Below, in pieces: positions 23,788-32,895 of a stretch of 36,287 bases of DNA. The translations under genes and the position numbers were made by a program. The notes under the pieces were generated by a model. It was not told where the DNA came from. It searched no databases and was given only the letters and a program-made list of their open reading frames with translations. Origin of the DNA: Actinomycetota bacterium (lineage in GTDB: Bacteria > Actinomycetota > UBA4738 > CALAEC01); the NCBI GenBank assembly GCA_046726855.1, contig JBKPBL010000014.1:1-36287 (forward strand). Reading direction: 5' to 3'. The stretch's first letter is position 1. Each line of letters opens with the position of its first letter.

Positions 23788-24894
23788 GTGATCAGGCTCC
23801 GCTCGGGGATCGTGGTGATGGCCCGCCAGGCCAGGCCGGGACTGGTCGAGCTCGAGGTCGAGGTGGAAGGCTGGCGCCAGCCCGCGCTGGCGTACCCCTC
23901 GCTCACAGGCCCGGTTGCCCAGGGTGATCGGGTCCTCCTCAACACGACGGCGCTGTCGGCGGGCCTGGGCACCGGCGGCTACCACTTCGTGATGGCGGTG
24001 GAAGGCCAGGAGGATCGGGAAGAGTCCTCCGAGGGACACGTGATGAAGCTGCGGTACACGCCGGTCCAGGCCAAGGTCCTGTCGGTCGAGGAGCAGTCGA
24101 GCCCTTACCGCCGGCCCGTGGAGGAGACCGAAGGCCTCGACGGGCTGCCCGTGGTCTGGGCGCCGCTCCACTCGATGCTTGGTGCCGTCTGCGCCGGCGC
24201 TCGGGCCGCCGGAGCGCGACGGGTCGCCTACGCCATGACGGACGGCGCCGCGTTGCCCGCGTGGCTGTCCCGACAGGTGCACGAGCTCCGGCAGGCCCAG
24301 CTCCTGGATGCCGTGGTGACCTGCGGGCAGGCCCTCGGTGGCGATATCGAGGCGGTGACGCTGTTCTCCGGCCTCCTGGCAGCCCGGTCGGTGGTTGGAG
24401 CGGACGTGGTGGTCGTGGCGGACGGCCCCGGGAAGGTCGGCACGGCCACCCGATGGGGAGCCACCGACGTGGCCGCAGGGATGGCGCTCAACGCGGTCGG
24501 GATCCTGGAGGGACGACCCGTGGCCGCCCTCCGGGTGAGCTTCTCCGACCCCGGCTACCGTCACCACGGTGTCTCGCCCCATACCATCACCGTGCTCCGT
24601 CGGGTGACGCTGGTGCCGGTCCAGGTGGCCGTGCCGGCGTTGGACGACGAGCAGCGCCGCGGGGCGGTGTGGGAGGCGTTGAAGGACGCCGGCCTGGAGG
24701 AGCGGCACCAGCTGGTCGAGGTGACCGGCCAACCGGCTCTGGATCTGCTGCACCAGCGGGGGCTTCGGGGCCAGACGATGGGGCGGCCCGAGGAAGCCGA
24801 TCCCGAGTTCTTCCTCGCAGCCGGCGCTGCCGGGGTACTGGCCGGGCGGGTGGCCGCGGGCTCGGCCCGGTGGCGGCGGGAGGTGAAGCGATGA
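23788..24894 (+). CDS. Conserved hypothetical protein, probably DUF3866 family
   Basis: 368 aa with strong GC3 bias and a GTG start. 'GHVMKLRYTPVQ' and 'GLGTGGYHFV' match my recollection of DUF3866 proteins (not verified by search). Central 'VVVVADGPGKVGTATRWG' suggests a Rossmann-like or nucleotide-binding fold. Confidence 0.5.
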   Translation: MIRLRSGIVVMARQARPGLVELEVEVEGWRQPALAYPSLTGPVAQGDRVLLNTTALSAGLGTGGYHFVMAVEGQEDREESSEGHVMKLRYTPVQAKVLSVEEQSSPYRRPVEETEGLDGLPVVWAPLHSMLGAVCAGARAAGARRVAYAMTDGAALPAWLSRQVHELRQAQLLDAVVTCGQALGGDIEAVTLFSGLLAARSVVGADVVVVADGPGKVGTATRWGATDVAAGMALNAVGILEGRPVAALRVSFSDPGYRHHGVSPHTITVLRRVTLVPVQVAVPALDDEQRRGAVWEALKDAGLEERHQLVEVTGQPALDLLHQRGLRGQTMGRPEEADPEFFLAAGAAGVLAGRVAAGSARWRREVKR

Positions 24895-25562
24895 GGGTGG
24901 CCGGGCTGGACGTGGGCTTTAACGCCAGCGGAGCGGCGGACGCCGGCGCTCGAGGCCGGGTGGTGGTGATAGTGGACGTCGTCGACACCTCCACAAGCGC
25001 CGAGGTTGCCGTGGCCGGCGGTGCGGCCGTGGTGCTGGGGGCCTCGGCCGCGGGCGTCGACCCCCCGGCCCACCTGGATCCCGGAGCGGTGGGCCGGCGG
25101 GCCGCCGCCATCGCCAAGGAGCGCAACACCGACGTGCTCGTCGTGTCCGAGCCTCGGGTGGGAACCGACGACGAGCGCCGTCGGCGAGCGGTCTCCGTCC
25201 TCCAGGCCCTCCGGACTGCCAGCGTCGATTACGAGCTCGTTCCCAACCAGGGTGCCGAGCTCGCCCATCTCGTCGACATGCGGGGGCGGCCCGTGGTTAT
25301 CGTCTCGACGACGGGCGGTACTGCGTTCGACGCGGCCATGGCGGCGGGGGCTCCGGCCGGAACATTCGCCACCACGGCCCGGATCGAGGGAAGGACCGGC
25401 TGGGACGTGATCGGCATCGGGGCTCGCAGGGCCATCGCCCTGGCCGGTGAGCACCGGGCCGACCTCTCCGTGGTGGCTGCCACGGCCAACTCGTCCGACG
25501 ACTGCCTGGCCGCGTTCGAGATCGCCCGGCGCATCATCACGGAGGGTTTCCTCCGGCGCTGA
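24891..25562 (+). CDS. Hypothetical protein, distant 2-phosphosulfolactate phosphatase (ComB)-like
   Basis: 223 aa from ATG 24891, which overlaps the upstream TGA (ATGA coupling). 'VVIVDVVDTSTSAEVAVAGGA', 'VVIVSTTGGTAF' and 'SSDDCLAAFEIARRI' loosely parallel ComB blocks (vIDVLRAsTT / TTNGT / EDxxCAG). The family call has low confidence; the CDS itself is likely real. Confidence 0.4.
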   Translation: MRVAGLDVGFNASGAADAGARGRVVVIVDVVDTSTSAEVAVAGGAAVVLGASAAGVDPPAHLDPGAVGRRAAAIAKERNTDVLVVSEPRVGTDDERRRRAVSVLQALRTASVDYELVPNQGAELAHLVDMRGRPVVIVSTTGGTAFDAAMAAGAPAGTFATTARIEGRTGWDVIGIGARRAIALAGEHRADLSVVAATANSSDDCLAAFEIARRIITEGFLRR

Positions 25563-25568
25563 CCTCGC

Positions 25569-26927
25569 TCACATGTGGGCGATCAGCTGCTCCACGCGCT
25601 CATCGCGCGAACGGAACGGATCCTTGCAGAGCACGGTGCGCTGGGCCTGGTCGTTCAGCTTCAGGTGGACCCAGTCCACCGTGTAGTCGCGGCGCCTCTG
25701 CTTGGCCTGGCGGATGAACTCGCCTCGGAGACGGGCCCTGGTCGTCTGCGGCGGATCGTGCATCGATCGCTGGACGTCTCGCTCGGTGACCACCCGGTCC
25801 ATCTGTCCCTTCCGCTCCAGCAGGTAGTAGAGGCCGCGATCTCGGTTCACGTCGTGGTAGGCGAGGTCCATGAGCGCCACCTTGGGATGGGAGAGCGGGA
25901 GGCTGTGGCGCTGGCGATAGGCCCGGATCATGAAGTACTTGGCCACCCAGTCCACCTTGGAGGCCAGGGGGTCGAGGGTGCCGCCGCGGAGGGCCTCCAG
26001 GGCGTCCTCCCACTCCAACAGGAGCTGCTTGGCCGGTGGCTCGAGCCCTTGATGCTCAGCGAACCGGGTGGCTCGGTCCAGGTACTGCTCCTGGATATCG
26101 AGGGCCGACATCTCCCGGCCGTTGGCCAGCCGGACCTTCTTCCGGCACGTGATGTCGTGGCTTATCTCCCGGATGGCCCGGATCGGGTTCTCCAGAGTGA
26201 GGTCGCGCATCACCGAGTTCTCCTCGACCATCCGGAGGACCAGGTCGGTGACGCCAACCTTCAGGTACGTGGTGAACTCGCTCATGTTCGAGTCGCCCAC
26301 GATGACGTGGAGCCTCCGGTACCGCTCGGCGTCGGCGTGCGGCTCGTCGCGCGTGTTGATGATGGGCCGGGACCGCGTTGTCGCGGACGAGACCCCCTCC
26401 CAGATGTGCTCAGCCCTCTGGGAGATGCAGAACTGGGCGCCCCGGGGGCCGTGGAGGACCTTCCCCGCTCCCGCGAACACCTGGCGGGTGACGAAGAAGG
26501 GGATCAGGACCTCGGCCATCCGGGCGAACTCGCCCCGCCGGGCCACAAGGTAGTTCTCGTGGCAGCCGTACGAGTTGCCCGCCGAGTCGGTGTTGTTCTT
26601 GAACAGGAACACCTCCCCGGAGATGCCCTCCTCGTGGAGGCGGACCTCGGCCGCCCCCAGGAGGGCCTCCAGGACCCGCTCCCCGGCCTTGTCGTGGGCC
26701 ACCAGGTCCATGACCGAATCGCACTCCGGCGTGGCGTACTCGGGATGAGAGCCCACGTCGAGGTATAGCCGGGCCCCGTTCTCCAGGAACACGTTCGAGG
26801 ACCGGCCCCAGTGGACCACCCGGCGGAAGAGGTACCGGGCCACCTCATCCGGCGACAGGCGGCGCTGCCCGCGGAACGTGCAGGTCACCCCGTACTCGTT
26901 CTCCAGCCCGAAGATCCGCCGGTCCAC
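25569..26927 (-). CDS. pafA: Pup--protein ligase PafA
   Basis: 452 aa (as I recall, about the length of M. tuberculosis PafA). '[12 protein letters not shown]' N-terminal motif and a carboxylate-amine ligase fold. It lacks the ~40-aa insertion seen in the Dop paralog at 28728-30212. Confidence 0.9.
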   Translation of the reverse strand: MDRRIFGLENEYGVTCTFRGQRRLSPDEVARYLFRRVVHWGRSSNVFLENGARLYLDVGSHPEYATPECDSVMDLVAHDKAGERVLEALLGAAEVRLHEEGISGEVFLFKNNTDSAGNSYGCHENYLVARRGEFARMAEVLIPFFVTRQVFAGAGKVLHGPRGAQFCISQRAEHIWEGVSSATTRSRPIINTRDEPHADAERYRRLHVIVGDSNMSEFTTYLKVGVTDLVLRMVEENSVMRDLTLENPIRAIREISHDITCRKKVRLANGREMSALDIQEQYLDRATRFAEHQGLEPPAKQLLLEWEDALEALRGGTLDPLASKVDWVAKYFMIRAYRQRHSLPLSHPKVALMDLAYHDVNRDRGLYYLLERKGQMDRVVTERDVQRSMHDPPQTTRARLRGEFIRQAKQRRRDYTVDWVHLKLNDQAQRTVLCKDPFRSRDERVEQLIAHM

Positions 26928-26963
26928 TCAGGCCAGTGTAGCCCGGTGGCCCGGCGTGTCCGA

Positions 26964-27647
26964 TTAGGCTCGGAGGATCCCCGCGAGCTCGTCTTCGGGA
27001 ATTCGGCGGAACTTCCGGCGGGGGCGGGTCCGGTCCAGGACGGCCACCTCCAGGCGCTGGGCTTCGAGGGGTTGGCCGTCCTCAGCGGTCAGGGCGTCGA
27101 CCCCCACCTTGAGCGCCTCTGCCAGACCAAGGCCCGGCCGGTATGAGGTCTCCAGCCGCCCTCGGAGGGGTTCGGCCTCGCCGCCCATGGACACGAAGCC
27201 GTCCTCGTCCGTGACGCTCCCGTCGTAGAGGATGTGGAACAGCTCGTTATTCTCCGCCCCCTCCCCCACCTGGGCCACCAGGATCTCCACCTCGTACGGC
27301 TTGAGCTGCTCGGTGAAGATCGACGCGAGGCCCTGGGAATACGCGTTGGCCAGCGTCTTGGCGGTGACGTCCTCGCGTCCGTACGAGTAACCGCGAAGGT
27401 CGGCCAGCCTGACCCCGGCGATGCGCAGGTTCTCGAACTCGCTGTATTTCCCGACTGCGGCGAAGGCGATGCGGTCGTAGATCTCCGAGATCTTGTACAG
27501 ATGGGTGGACGGGTTGTCGGCGATGAACAGGATGCCGTCGGAGTACTCCAGCGCTGCTACGGGCTTGCCCCGGGCGATGCCCTTTCTGGCGTAGTCGGAG
27601 CGGTCCTTCATCATCTGCTCCGGTGCCACGTAGAAGGGCATGGGCAT
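26964..27647 (-). CDS. prcA: 20S proteasome alpha subunit
   Basis: 227 aa. 'PFYVAPEQMMKDRSDYARKGIARGKPVAAL' closely parallels the mycobacterial PrcA N-terminus. Its ATG overlaps the prcB TGA by 1 nt. Confidence 0.95.
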   Translation of the reverse strand: MPMPFYVAPEQMMKDRSDYARKGIARGKPVAALEYSDGILFIADNPSTHLYKISEIYDRIAFAAVGKYSEFENLRIAGVRLADLRGYSYGREDVTAKTLANAYSQGLASIFTEQLKPYEVEILVAQVGEGAENNELFHILYDGSVTDEDGFVSMGGEAEPLRGRLETSYRPGLGLAEALKVGVDALTAEDGQPLEAQRLEVAVLDRTRPRRKFRRIPEDELAGILRA

Positions 27648-28447
27648 CAGGGATTCGCCTCCCTGCGGGCCACCACGGCCTCGTAGGCCAGGCGGACCTC
27701 CTCAGGCGGGGCCTCCTCGACTCCCGCCGAGGTGATCACGTGCACGGACGGGAAGATCCCCCGCGCCGGGTCCGGCCCGCCCGTGGCCGTGTCGGCCTCG
27801 GACGCGTCGAGCAGGGACTCCACGGCGGCCTCCAACGCCTCGGTCCGGGCCATCCCGGCCCGCCACCTTTTCTTCAGGCTGGCCCTGGCGTCACGGGTTC
27901 CGGAGCCGGTGGCGTTGTAGTCGGTCTCCTCGTAACGACCCCCGATGGCGTCGTACCTGAAGATCCGTCCCTCCCCCTTGCGGAGATCGAAGCCTCCGTA
28001 GATGGGAACCACCACCAGTCCCTGGATCACCAGGGGGAACGACTCCCGGATCATCTGGGCCAGGCGGTTGGCCTTGCCTTCCAGGGAGAGCTCCTCGCCC
28101 TCGACCTTCTCGTAGTGCTCAAGCTCCGTCTGGAACAGGCGGACAATCTCCACCGCCTGGCCGGCCACACCGGCGACGCCCACCGCCGAGTGCTCGTCGG
28201 CGGGGAAGACCTTGTCCATGCGGTCGTCGGCGATGGCGTACCCCTCAACGGCCCGGCGGTCGCCGGCCATGGCCACGCCGTCTTCGAACCGGAGGGCCAC
28301 CACGGTGGTTCCGTGCGGAGCGATCGTGGGGAGTGGTTCGCCAGCCGGCGTGGACGGCCTGGCCAGGGGATCGTGGCCCATCTCACGAACTAGATCGAAG
28401 AAGCTGGGGTTGGAGCGGAAGGATGAACCGGGGGGATCCCCGATCAT
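27647..28447 (-). CDS. prcB: 20S proteasome beta subunit (with propeptide)
   Basis: 266 aa. A ~45-aa propeptide ends at '...APHG|TTVVAL', with the catalytic Thr after the Gly. Its ATG overlaps the pup TGA (ATGA). Confidence 0.95.
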   Translation of the reverse strand: MIGDPPGSSFRSNPSFFDLVREMGHDPLARPSTPAGEPLPTIAPHGTTVVALRFEDGVAMAGDRRAVEGYAIADDRMDKVFPADEHSAVGVAGVAGQAVEIVRLFQTELEHYEKVEGEELSLEGKANRLAQMIRESFPLVIQGLVVVPIYGGFDLRKGEGRIFRYDAIGGRYEETDYNATGSGTRDARASLKKRWRAGMARTEALEAAVESLLDASEADTATGGPDPARGIFPSVHVITSAGVEEAPPEEVRLAYEAVVARREANP

Positions 28448-28647
28448 TGCCCGCCCTTCTGGACGTACGACTTGATGAACTCCTCGGCGTTCTCCTCGAG
28501 CACCTCGTCGATCTCGTCGAGGATCTCGTCCATCTCCTCCTTGAGCTTCTCGCCCTTCTCGGTGACGGACGTCTGCCCGGCGTCGTCGGCGGCTCCGCCG
28601 CCCCCGCCCTTCTTCTGGACCCGCTTCTGCTCCTGCTCCTTGGGCAA
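28444..28647 (-). CDS. pup: Prokaryotic ubiquitin-like protein Pup
   Basis: 67 aa: MPKEQEQKRVQKKGGGGGAADDAGQTSVTEKGEKLKEEMDEILDEIDEVLEENAEEFIKSYVQKGGQ. It has the canonical disordered N-terminus, the helical Mpa-binding region and a C-terminal GGQ. TTG start with GAAGGAGG 7 nt upstream. Confidence 0.95.
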   Translation of the reverse strand: MPKEQEQKRVQKKGGGGGAADDAGQTSVTEKGEKLKEEMDEILDEIDEVLEENAEEFIKSYVQKGGQ

Positions 28648-28682
28648 GCTCCGACCTCCTTCGATGGGGGGATCCTGACTCT

Positions 28683-28688
28683 ATTGTA
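28683..28688 (-). promoter_or_regulatory. Candidate -10 element TACAAT (minus strand) for an internal pup-prcBA promoter
   Basis: Plus-strand ATTGTA at 28683-28688 is TACAAT on the coding strand, about 36 nt upstream of the pup TTG inside the 80-nt dop-pup gap. No convincing -35 element. Confidence 0.3.
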
Positions 28689-28727
28689 GGGCTGCCGCCG
28701 ACCTAGATCGGGAAGGCGGTCGCCGGC

Positions 28728-30212
28728 TCAGGCCTGAAGGAGGTCGACCAGGGTAGCCGCGTCGGGGGCCCGGCCGAACAGGTCGTCGACGTGATCCTCG
28801 GTGCCCCTCAGGGGCTCCCGCATGGGCACCCGCTGGAGGGCGTCCCGGCCGGTGTCGAAGATCACCGAGTCCCATGAGGCGGCCACGATGGCCTCCGGAT
28901 ACCGCCGGATGCATCCACCCCGGAAGTACGCTCGGGTGTCCTCTGGAGGCTGCCGCATGGCCCCCTCGACCTCGGCCTCGGCGACGAGGCGCTCGACCTT
29001 GCCGGTAGAGGCCAGGCGGTGATGCAGGCCCCGGGCCCTCCGGACGTCGTGGTACTGGAGGTCGATCAGGGCCAGCTTGGGGTCGTCCCACCCGAGGCCG
29101 TCCCGCTCGCGGTAGGCCTCCAGGACCCGGTGCTTGGCGACCCAGTCCAGCTCACGGTGGAGGCTCATCGGCTCCTCCTCCAGCCCGGCCAGGATGCTTT
29201 CCCAGCGGCCCAGGACCTCGGCCTGGGCCGCGGCGTCGTCCTGCTCCTTGGAGTAGCGCTTGGCGTGGTCCAGGAACTCCCACTGGAGCTCGATCGCGGT
29301 CATCCGGCGCCCGTCGGCCAGCCGCACCGTCTGCTTCAGGGTGGGGTCCCACGACACCTCGTGGAGTGACTGGACAGGGCGGTCCAGCGAAAGATCGGGC
29401 AGTACCTCGTCCTCGATCATCCGGAGGACCAGGGCTGTGGTTCCCAGCTTCAGCAGCGTGGCCACCTCGCACATGTTGGCGTCGCCGATGATGACGTGAA
29501 GACGACGGTACTTCTCGGGATCCGCGTGGGGTTCGTCACGCGTGTTGATGATGGGACGCTTCAAGGTGGTCTCCAGGCCCACCTCGGCCTCGAAGAAGTC
29601 CGTGCGCTGGCTGAGCTGGTAGGGAACGTCGAGGCCCTCGCTCCGGCCTCCCTCGACGCCGACCTTGCCGGCGCCGGTGAAGATCTGTCGGGTCACGAAG
29701 AAGGGGGTCAGGTCCCGGACGATGCGGGCGAACGGGGTGGCCCGATCCACCAGGTAGTTCTCGTGGCATCCGTACGAGTTTCCCTTGCCGTCGGTGTTGT
29801 TCTTGTACACCCCGATCCGCTCCCCCGGCGGGAGCAGCTCCCGGGACAGCTCCAGCGACCGCTCCAGGATCCGCTCGCCGGCCTTGTCGTGGATGACCAG
29901 GTCGCGCGGGGTGGCGCACTCGGGCGTGGAGTACTCGGGGTGGGCGTGGTCGACGTAGTACCGGGCCCCGTTGGGGAGGATCACGTTGGCCAGACCCAGG
30001 TCCTCCTCGGTGGGTTCCCGCTCCTGTACCGGCTCGAACCCTCGAGCGTCCCTTAGGGGGCTCTCCTGCTCGTAGTCCCACCGGATCCTCCGAAGGGCTC
30101 CGGCGAACGTGTTGATCAGGAGCGAGGAGGCCAGCACGGGGTTGAAGTCCGGGTTGCCCGGGCCCGAGATCCCGTACTCGGTCTCGATGCCCATCACCTT
30201 GGGGATGGCCAT
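28728..30212 (-). CDS. dop: Depupylase / Pup deamidase Dop
   Basis: 494 aa. 'KVMGIETEYGISGPG' N-terminus. It is a PafA paralog about 40 aa longer, located between mpa and pup as in other actinobacteria. Confidence 0.9.
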   Translation of the reverse strand: MAIPKVMGIETEYGISGPGNPDFNPVLASSLLINTFAGALRRIRWDYEQESPLRDARGFEPVQEREPTEEDLGLANVILPNGARYYVDHAHPEYSTPECATPRDLVIHDKAGERILERSLELSRELLPPGERIGVYKNNTDGKGNSYGCHENYLVDRATPFARIVRDLTPFFVTRQIFTGAGKVGVEGGRSEGLDVPYQLSQRTDFFEAEVGLETTLKRPIINTRDEPHADPEKYRRLHVIIGDANMCEVATLLKLGTTALVLRMIEDEVLPDLSLDRPVQSLHEVSWDPTLKQTVRLADGRRMTAIELQWEFLDHAKRYSKEQDDAAAQAEVLGRWESILAGLEEEPMSLHRELDWVAKHRVLEAYRERDGLGWDDPKLALIDLQYHDVRRARGLHHRLASTGKVERLVAEAEVEGAMRQPPEDTRAYFRGGCIRRYPEAIVAASWDSVIFDTGRDALQRVPMREPLRGTEDHVDDLFGRAPDAATLVDLLQA

Positions 30213-30245
30213 GACGGCTCCTAGGATACGGTCAGGCCGGCGCCC

Positions 30246-32003
30246 TTACAGGTACTGGCCCGGGCTGACCCGCTCGACCTGCCGGCCCTCGCCCTCGCGC
30301 TCCCCCAGGAGCGTGCGGACGTAGACGATCCGCTCGCCCTTCTTCCCCGAGATCCGGGCCCAGTCGTCCGGGTTGGTGGTGTTGGGCAGGTCCTCGTGCT
30401 CCTTGAACTCAGCCCGTATCGAGTCCGTGAGGTCCTCCACGCGGAGCCCCTTCTCCCCCGACTTCAGGAACCGCTTGATGGCCAGCTTCTTGGCCCGCTT
30501 GACGATGTTCTCGATCATGGCCCCGGAGTTGAAGTCCTTGAAGTACAGGATCTCCTTGTCGCCGTTCTGGTACGTGACCTCCAGGAACTTGTTCTCCTCC
30601 GACGAGGCGTACATCTGGTCGATGGTCCGATCGATCATCCGACGGATCGTCGTGTCCTCGTCGCCTCGCGAGTGCTTCACCTCATCCTCGTGGATGGGGA
30701 TCTCAGTGGTCAGGTACTTGGACATGATGTCCCGGGCGGAGTCGCCGTCGGGGCGCTCGATCTTGATCTTCACGTCGAGGCGGCCGGGCCGGAGGATCGC
30801 CGGATCGATGAGGTCCTCCCGGTTGGAGGCCCCGATCACGATGACGTTTTTCAGGGTCTCCACTCCGTCGATCTCGGACAGCATCTGCGGGACGATGGTG
30901 TTCTCCACGTCGGACGAGATGCCGGACCCACGGGTCCGGAAGATCGAGTCCATCTCGTCGAAGAACACGATCACCGGGAAGCCCTGCTCGGATCGTTCCT
31001 TGGCCCGCTGGAAGATCAACCGAATCTGGCGCTCGGTCTCACCGACGTACTTGTTCAGGAGCTCGGGGCCCTTGACATTCAGGAAGTAAGAGTGGGCCCC
31101 GCTGCGACCGGTCTTCTCGGCGACCTGCTTGGCCAGCGAGTTGGCGACGGCCTTGGCGATGAGGGTCTTGCCACAGCCGGGCGGACCGTACAGGAGAACG
31201 CCCTTCGGCGGTGTGAGCTGGTGCTCCCTGAACAGCTCGGCGTACAGGAACGGGAGCTCCACGGCGTCCTTGATGTCCTCGATCTGTCCGCCCAGTCCGC
31301 CGATGTCCTCGTAGGTGACGTCCGGGATCTCCTCGAGGACCAGCTCCTCGACCTGCTCCTTGGGGAGCCGCTCCAGGACGTGGCCGGAGCGCGGATCGTA
31401 CATGAGCGGGTCTCCGGGCCGGAGGTGCTCCCCCCTCAGCGCCTGCGAGACGATCGCCACCATCTCCTCGTCCCCCCGGCCGATGACCACGACACGGTCC
31501 TCGCCCAGGACCTCCTTTATGGTCACGACCTCACCCTGACGATCCTGCTCCAGGACCTCCACGATGTTCAGGGCCTCGTTGAGGATGACCTCGGCTCCCC
31601 GGTGGAACCGGGACGAGTCGATCTCGGGATCGACGTTGACCCGCATCTTGCGACCGCCGGTGAAGACGTCGACGGACCCGTCTTCGGCCTCACCCAGAAG
31701 CACGCCGAACGAGGCCGGCGGCCGGGTCAGCTTCTCGACCTCCTCCTTCAACGCTTCGAGCTTCTCGCGCTCGGCCTTCAGCGTCCCCACCAGCTTCTCG
31801 TTCTGCGACAGGGCCTTGGCCACCTCGCTCTTGGACGCCAGGAGGCGCTCCTCGAGGATGCGGACCTGGCGAGGGGCGCTGTGGAGGCGACGGCGGAGCA
31901 GGGCGATCTCGTCCTCCAGGAACTTCACGTGTGTCTGAAGCTCGTGGATCTCCTTCTCGTACCGCTCGATTCGCTCGCTTGCGTCCATCTCTTCCTGGCC
32001 CAT
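30246..32003 (-). CDS. mpa: Proteasome-associated AAA+ ATPase Mpa/ARC
   Basis: 585 aa. N-terminal coiled coil, OB domains, Walker A 'GPPGCGKT', Walker B 'VIVFFDEMD', '[10 protein letters not shown]', and C-terminal 'GQYL' (20S docking motif). The start may be ATG 32003 (possibly leaderless) or the ATG five codons downstream. Confidence 0.95.
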   Translation of the reverse strand: MGQEEMDASERIERYEKEIHELQTHVKFLEDEIALLRRRLHSAPRQVRILEERLLASKSEVAKALSQNEKLVGTLKAEREKLEALKEEVEKLTRPPASFGVLLGEAEDGSVDVFTGGRKMRVNVDPEIDSSRFHRGAEVILNEALNIVEVLEQDRQGEVVTIKEVLGEDRVVVIGRGDEEMVAIVSQALRGEHLRPGDPLMYDPRSGHVLERLPKEQVEELVLEEIPDVTYEDIGGLGGQIEDIKDAVELPFLYAELFREHQLTPPKGVLLYGPPGCGKTLIAKAVANSLAKQVAEKTGRSGAHSYFLNVKGPELLNKYVGETERQIRLIFQRAKERSEQGFPVIVFFDEMDSIFRTRGSGISSDVENTIVPQMLSEIDGVETLKNVIVIGASNREDLIDPAILRPGRLDVKIKIERPDGDSARDIMSKYLTTEIPIHEDEVKHSRGDEDTTIRRMIDRTIDQMYASSEENKFLEVTYQNGDKEILYFKDFNSGAMIENIVKRAKKLAIKRFLKSGEKGLRVEDLTDSIRAEFKEHEDLPNTTNPDDWARISGKKGERIVYVRTLLGEREGEGRQVERVSPGQYL

Positions 32004-32090
32004 CTCGGCCGAGTATACCGTGGGCCCCTCGGCTCACCTCGGAGGTTGGTCCCCTCTCAGGTACGTCCTCGGCTTCCCGGGCGGATCCCT

Positions 32091-32873
32091 TTACGCCGTC
32101 TTCCGGGCCACCGTTACGAAGCCGGTATGGGCCACCATCCTGTGGTCCGGCCGGACGCTTCGGGGAGCCACGTGCCACGTTCGGAGCAGGACCTCGAACA
32201 CCTCGACCTCGGCGTACCCGGCGGCCCTGAGGGCCTCCACCAGCGACTGGACCTGCCCGGTGGTGGGCAGGTAGCCGGCCAGGATTCCGCCGGGGATCAA
32301 GGCCCCGCCGGCCTCGGGCAGGACCTTCCAGGGCTCCGGCATGTCCAGGAGGACCCGCTGGAACACCTCGCCGGTGCCCGCGACCTCGCGGACGTCGCCA
32401 AGGCGAAGGTCAAGCCAGGGGGGAACCTTCCCGAAGAACGCCTCGGCGTTGTCCCGGGCCACCCTGTGGAACTCCTGGCGAGCCTCGTACGAGACCACGA
32501 CGCCCTCGGGCCCAACGGCCCGGCACAGAGCCAGCATCAGGCCGCCGGAGCCGGTGCCGGCCTCCAGGACCCGGGCCCGGGGGAACACGTCCGCATAGAC
32601 CAGGACCGGGCCGACGTCCTTTGGGTAGATCACCTGGGCCCCGCGGGACATCTTCAGGACGAAGTCGGCCAGCCGGGGCCGGAAGCAAACCAGCGGGGCG
32701 CCGGTGGTGGAATGGACCGTGGTTCCCTCGAGTGATCCGATGACCAGGTCGTGAAGCACCGCTCCCCCGTGGAAATGGAAGGTCCCGCCGGCCTCCAGGC
32801 GGACGAGATAGCGGCGCTCCCTGGCATCCAGCAGGACCACGCGCTCGCCGGCGTGGAGGGGTTCGCCTTCCAC
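32091..32873 (-). CDS. trmI: tRNA (adenine58-N1)-methyltransferase TrmI (Rv2118c-like)
   Basis: 260 aa. 'RPRLADFVLKMSRGAQVIYPKD' (GCD14 signature), SAM motif 'VLEAGTGSGGL'. It occupies the conserved position upstream of mpa. Confidence 0.85.
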   Translation of the reverse strand: MEGEPLHAGERVVLLDARERRYLVRLEAGGTFHFHGGAVLHDLVIGSLEGTTVHSTTGAPLVCFRPRLADFVLKMSRGAQVIYPKDVGPVLVYADVFPRARVLEAGTGSGGLMLALCRAVGPEGVVVSYEARQEFHRVARDNAEAFFGKVPPWLDLRLGDVREVAGTGEVFQRVLLDMPEPWKVLPEAGGALIPGGILAGYLPTTGQVQSLVEALRAAGYAEVEVFEVLLRTWHVAPRSVRPDHRMVAHTGFVTVARKTA

Positions 32874-32895
32874 GCCGCCAAGGCTACCGCAGGGG

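Noticed and set aside
30396-32735. 779-aa plus-strand ORF. Similar long ORFs occur at 17055-19133 (692 aa), 268-1419, 5905-6996, 6335-7567, 9104-10159, 11415-12494, 12558-13736, 21322-22860, 23743-24753 and 25575-26768.
   Set aside because: All lie antisense to, or out of frame with, genes that carry unambiguous family motifs (mpa/trmI, helY, M20, ftsH-like, cysS, ACAD, M24, pafC, DUF3866-like, pafA). Their products are Arg/Gly/Pro/Leu-rich low-complexity strings with no motifs. Such shadow ORFs are expected in ~70% GC DNA because stop codons are rare.
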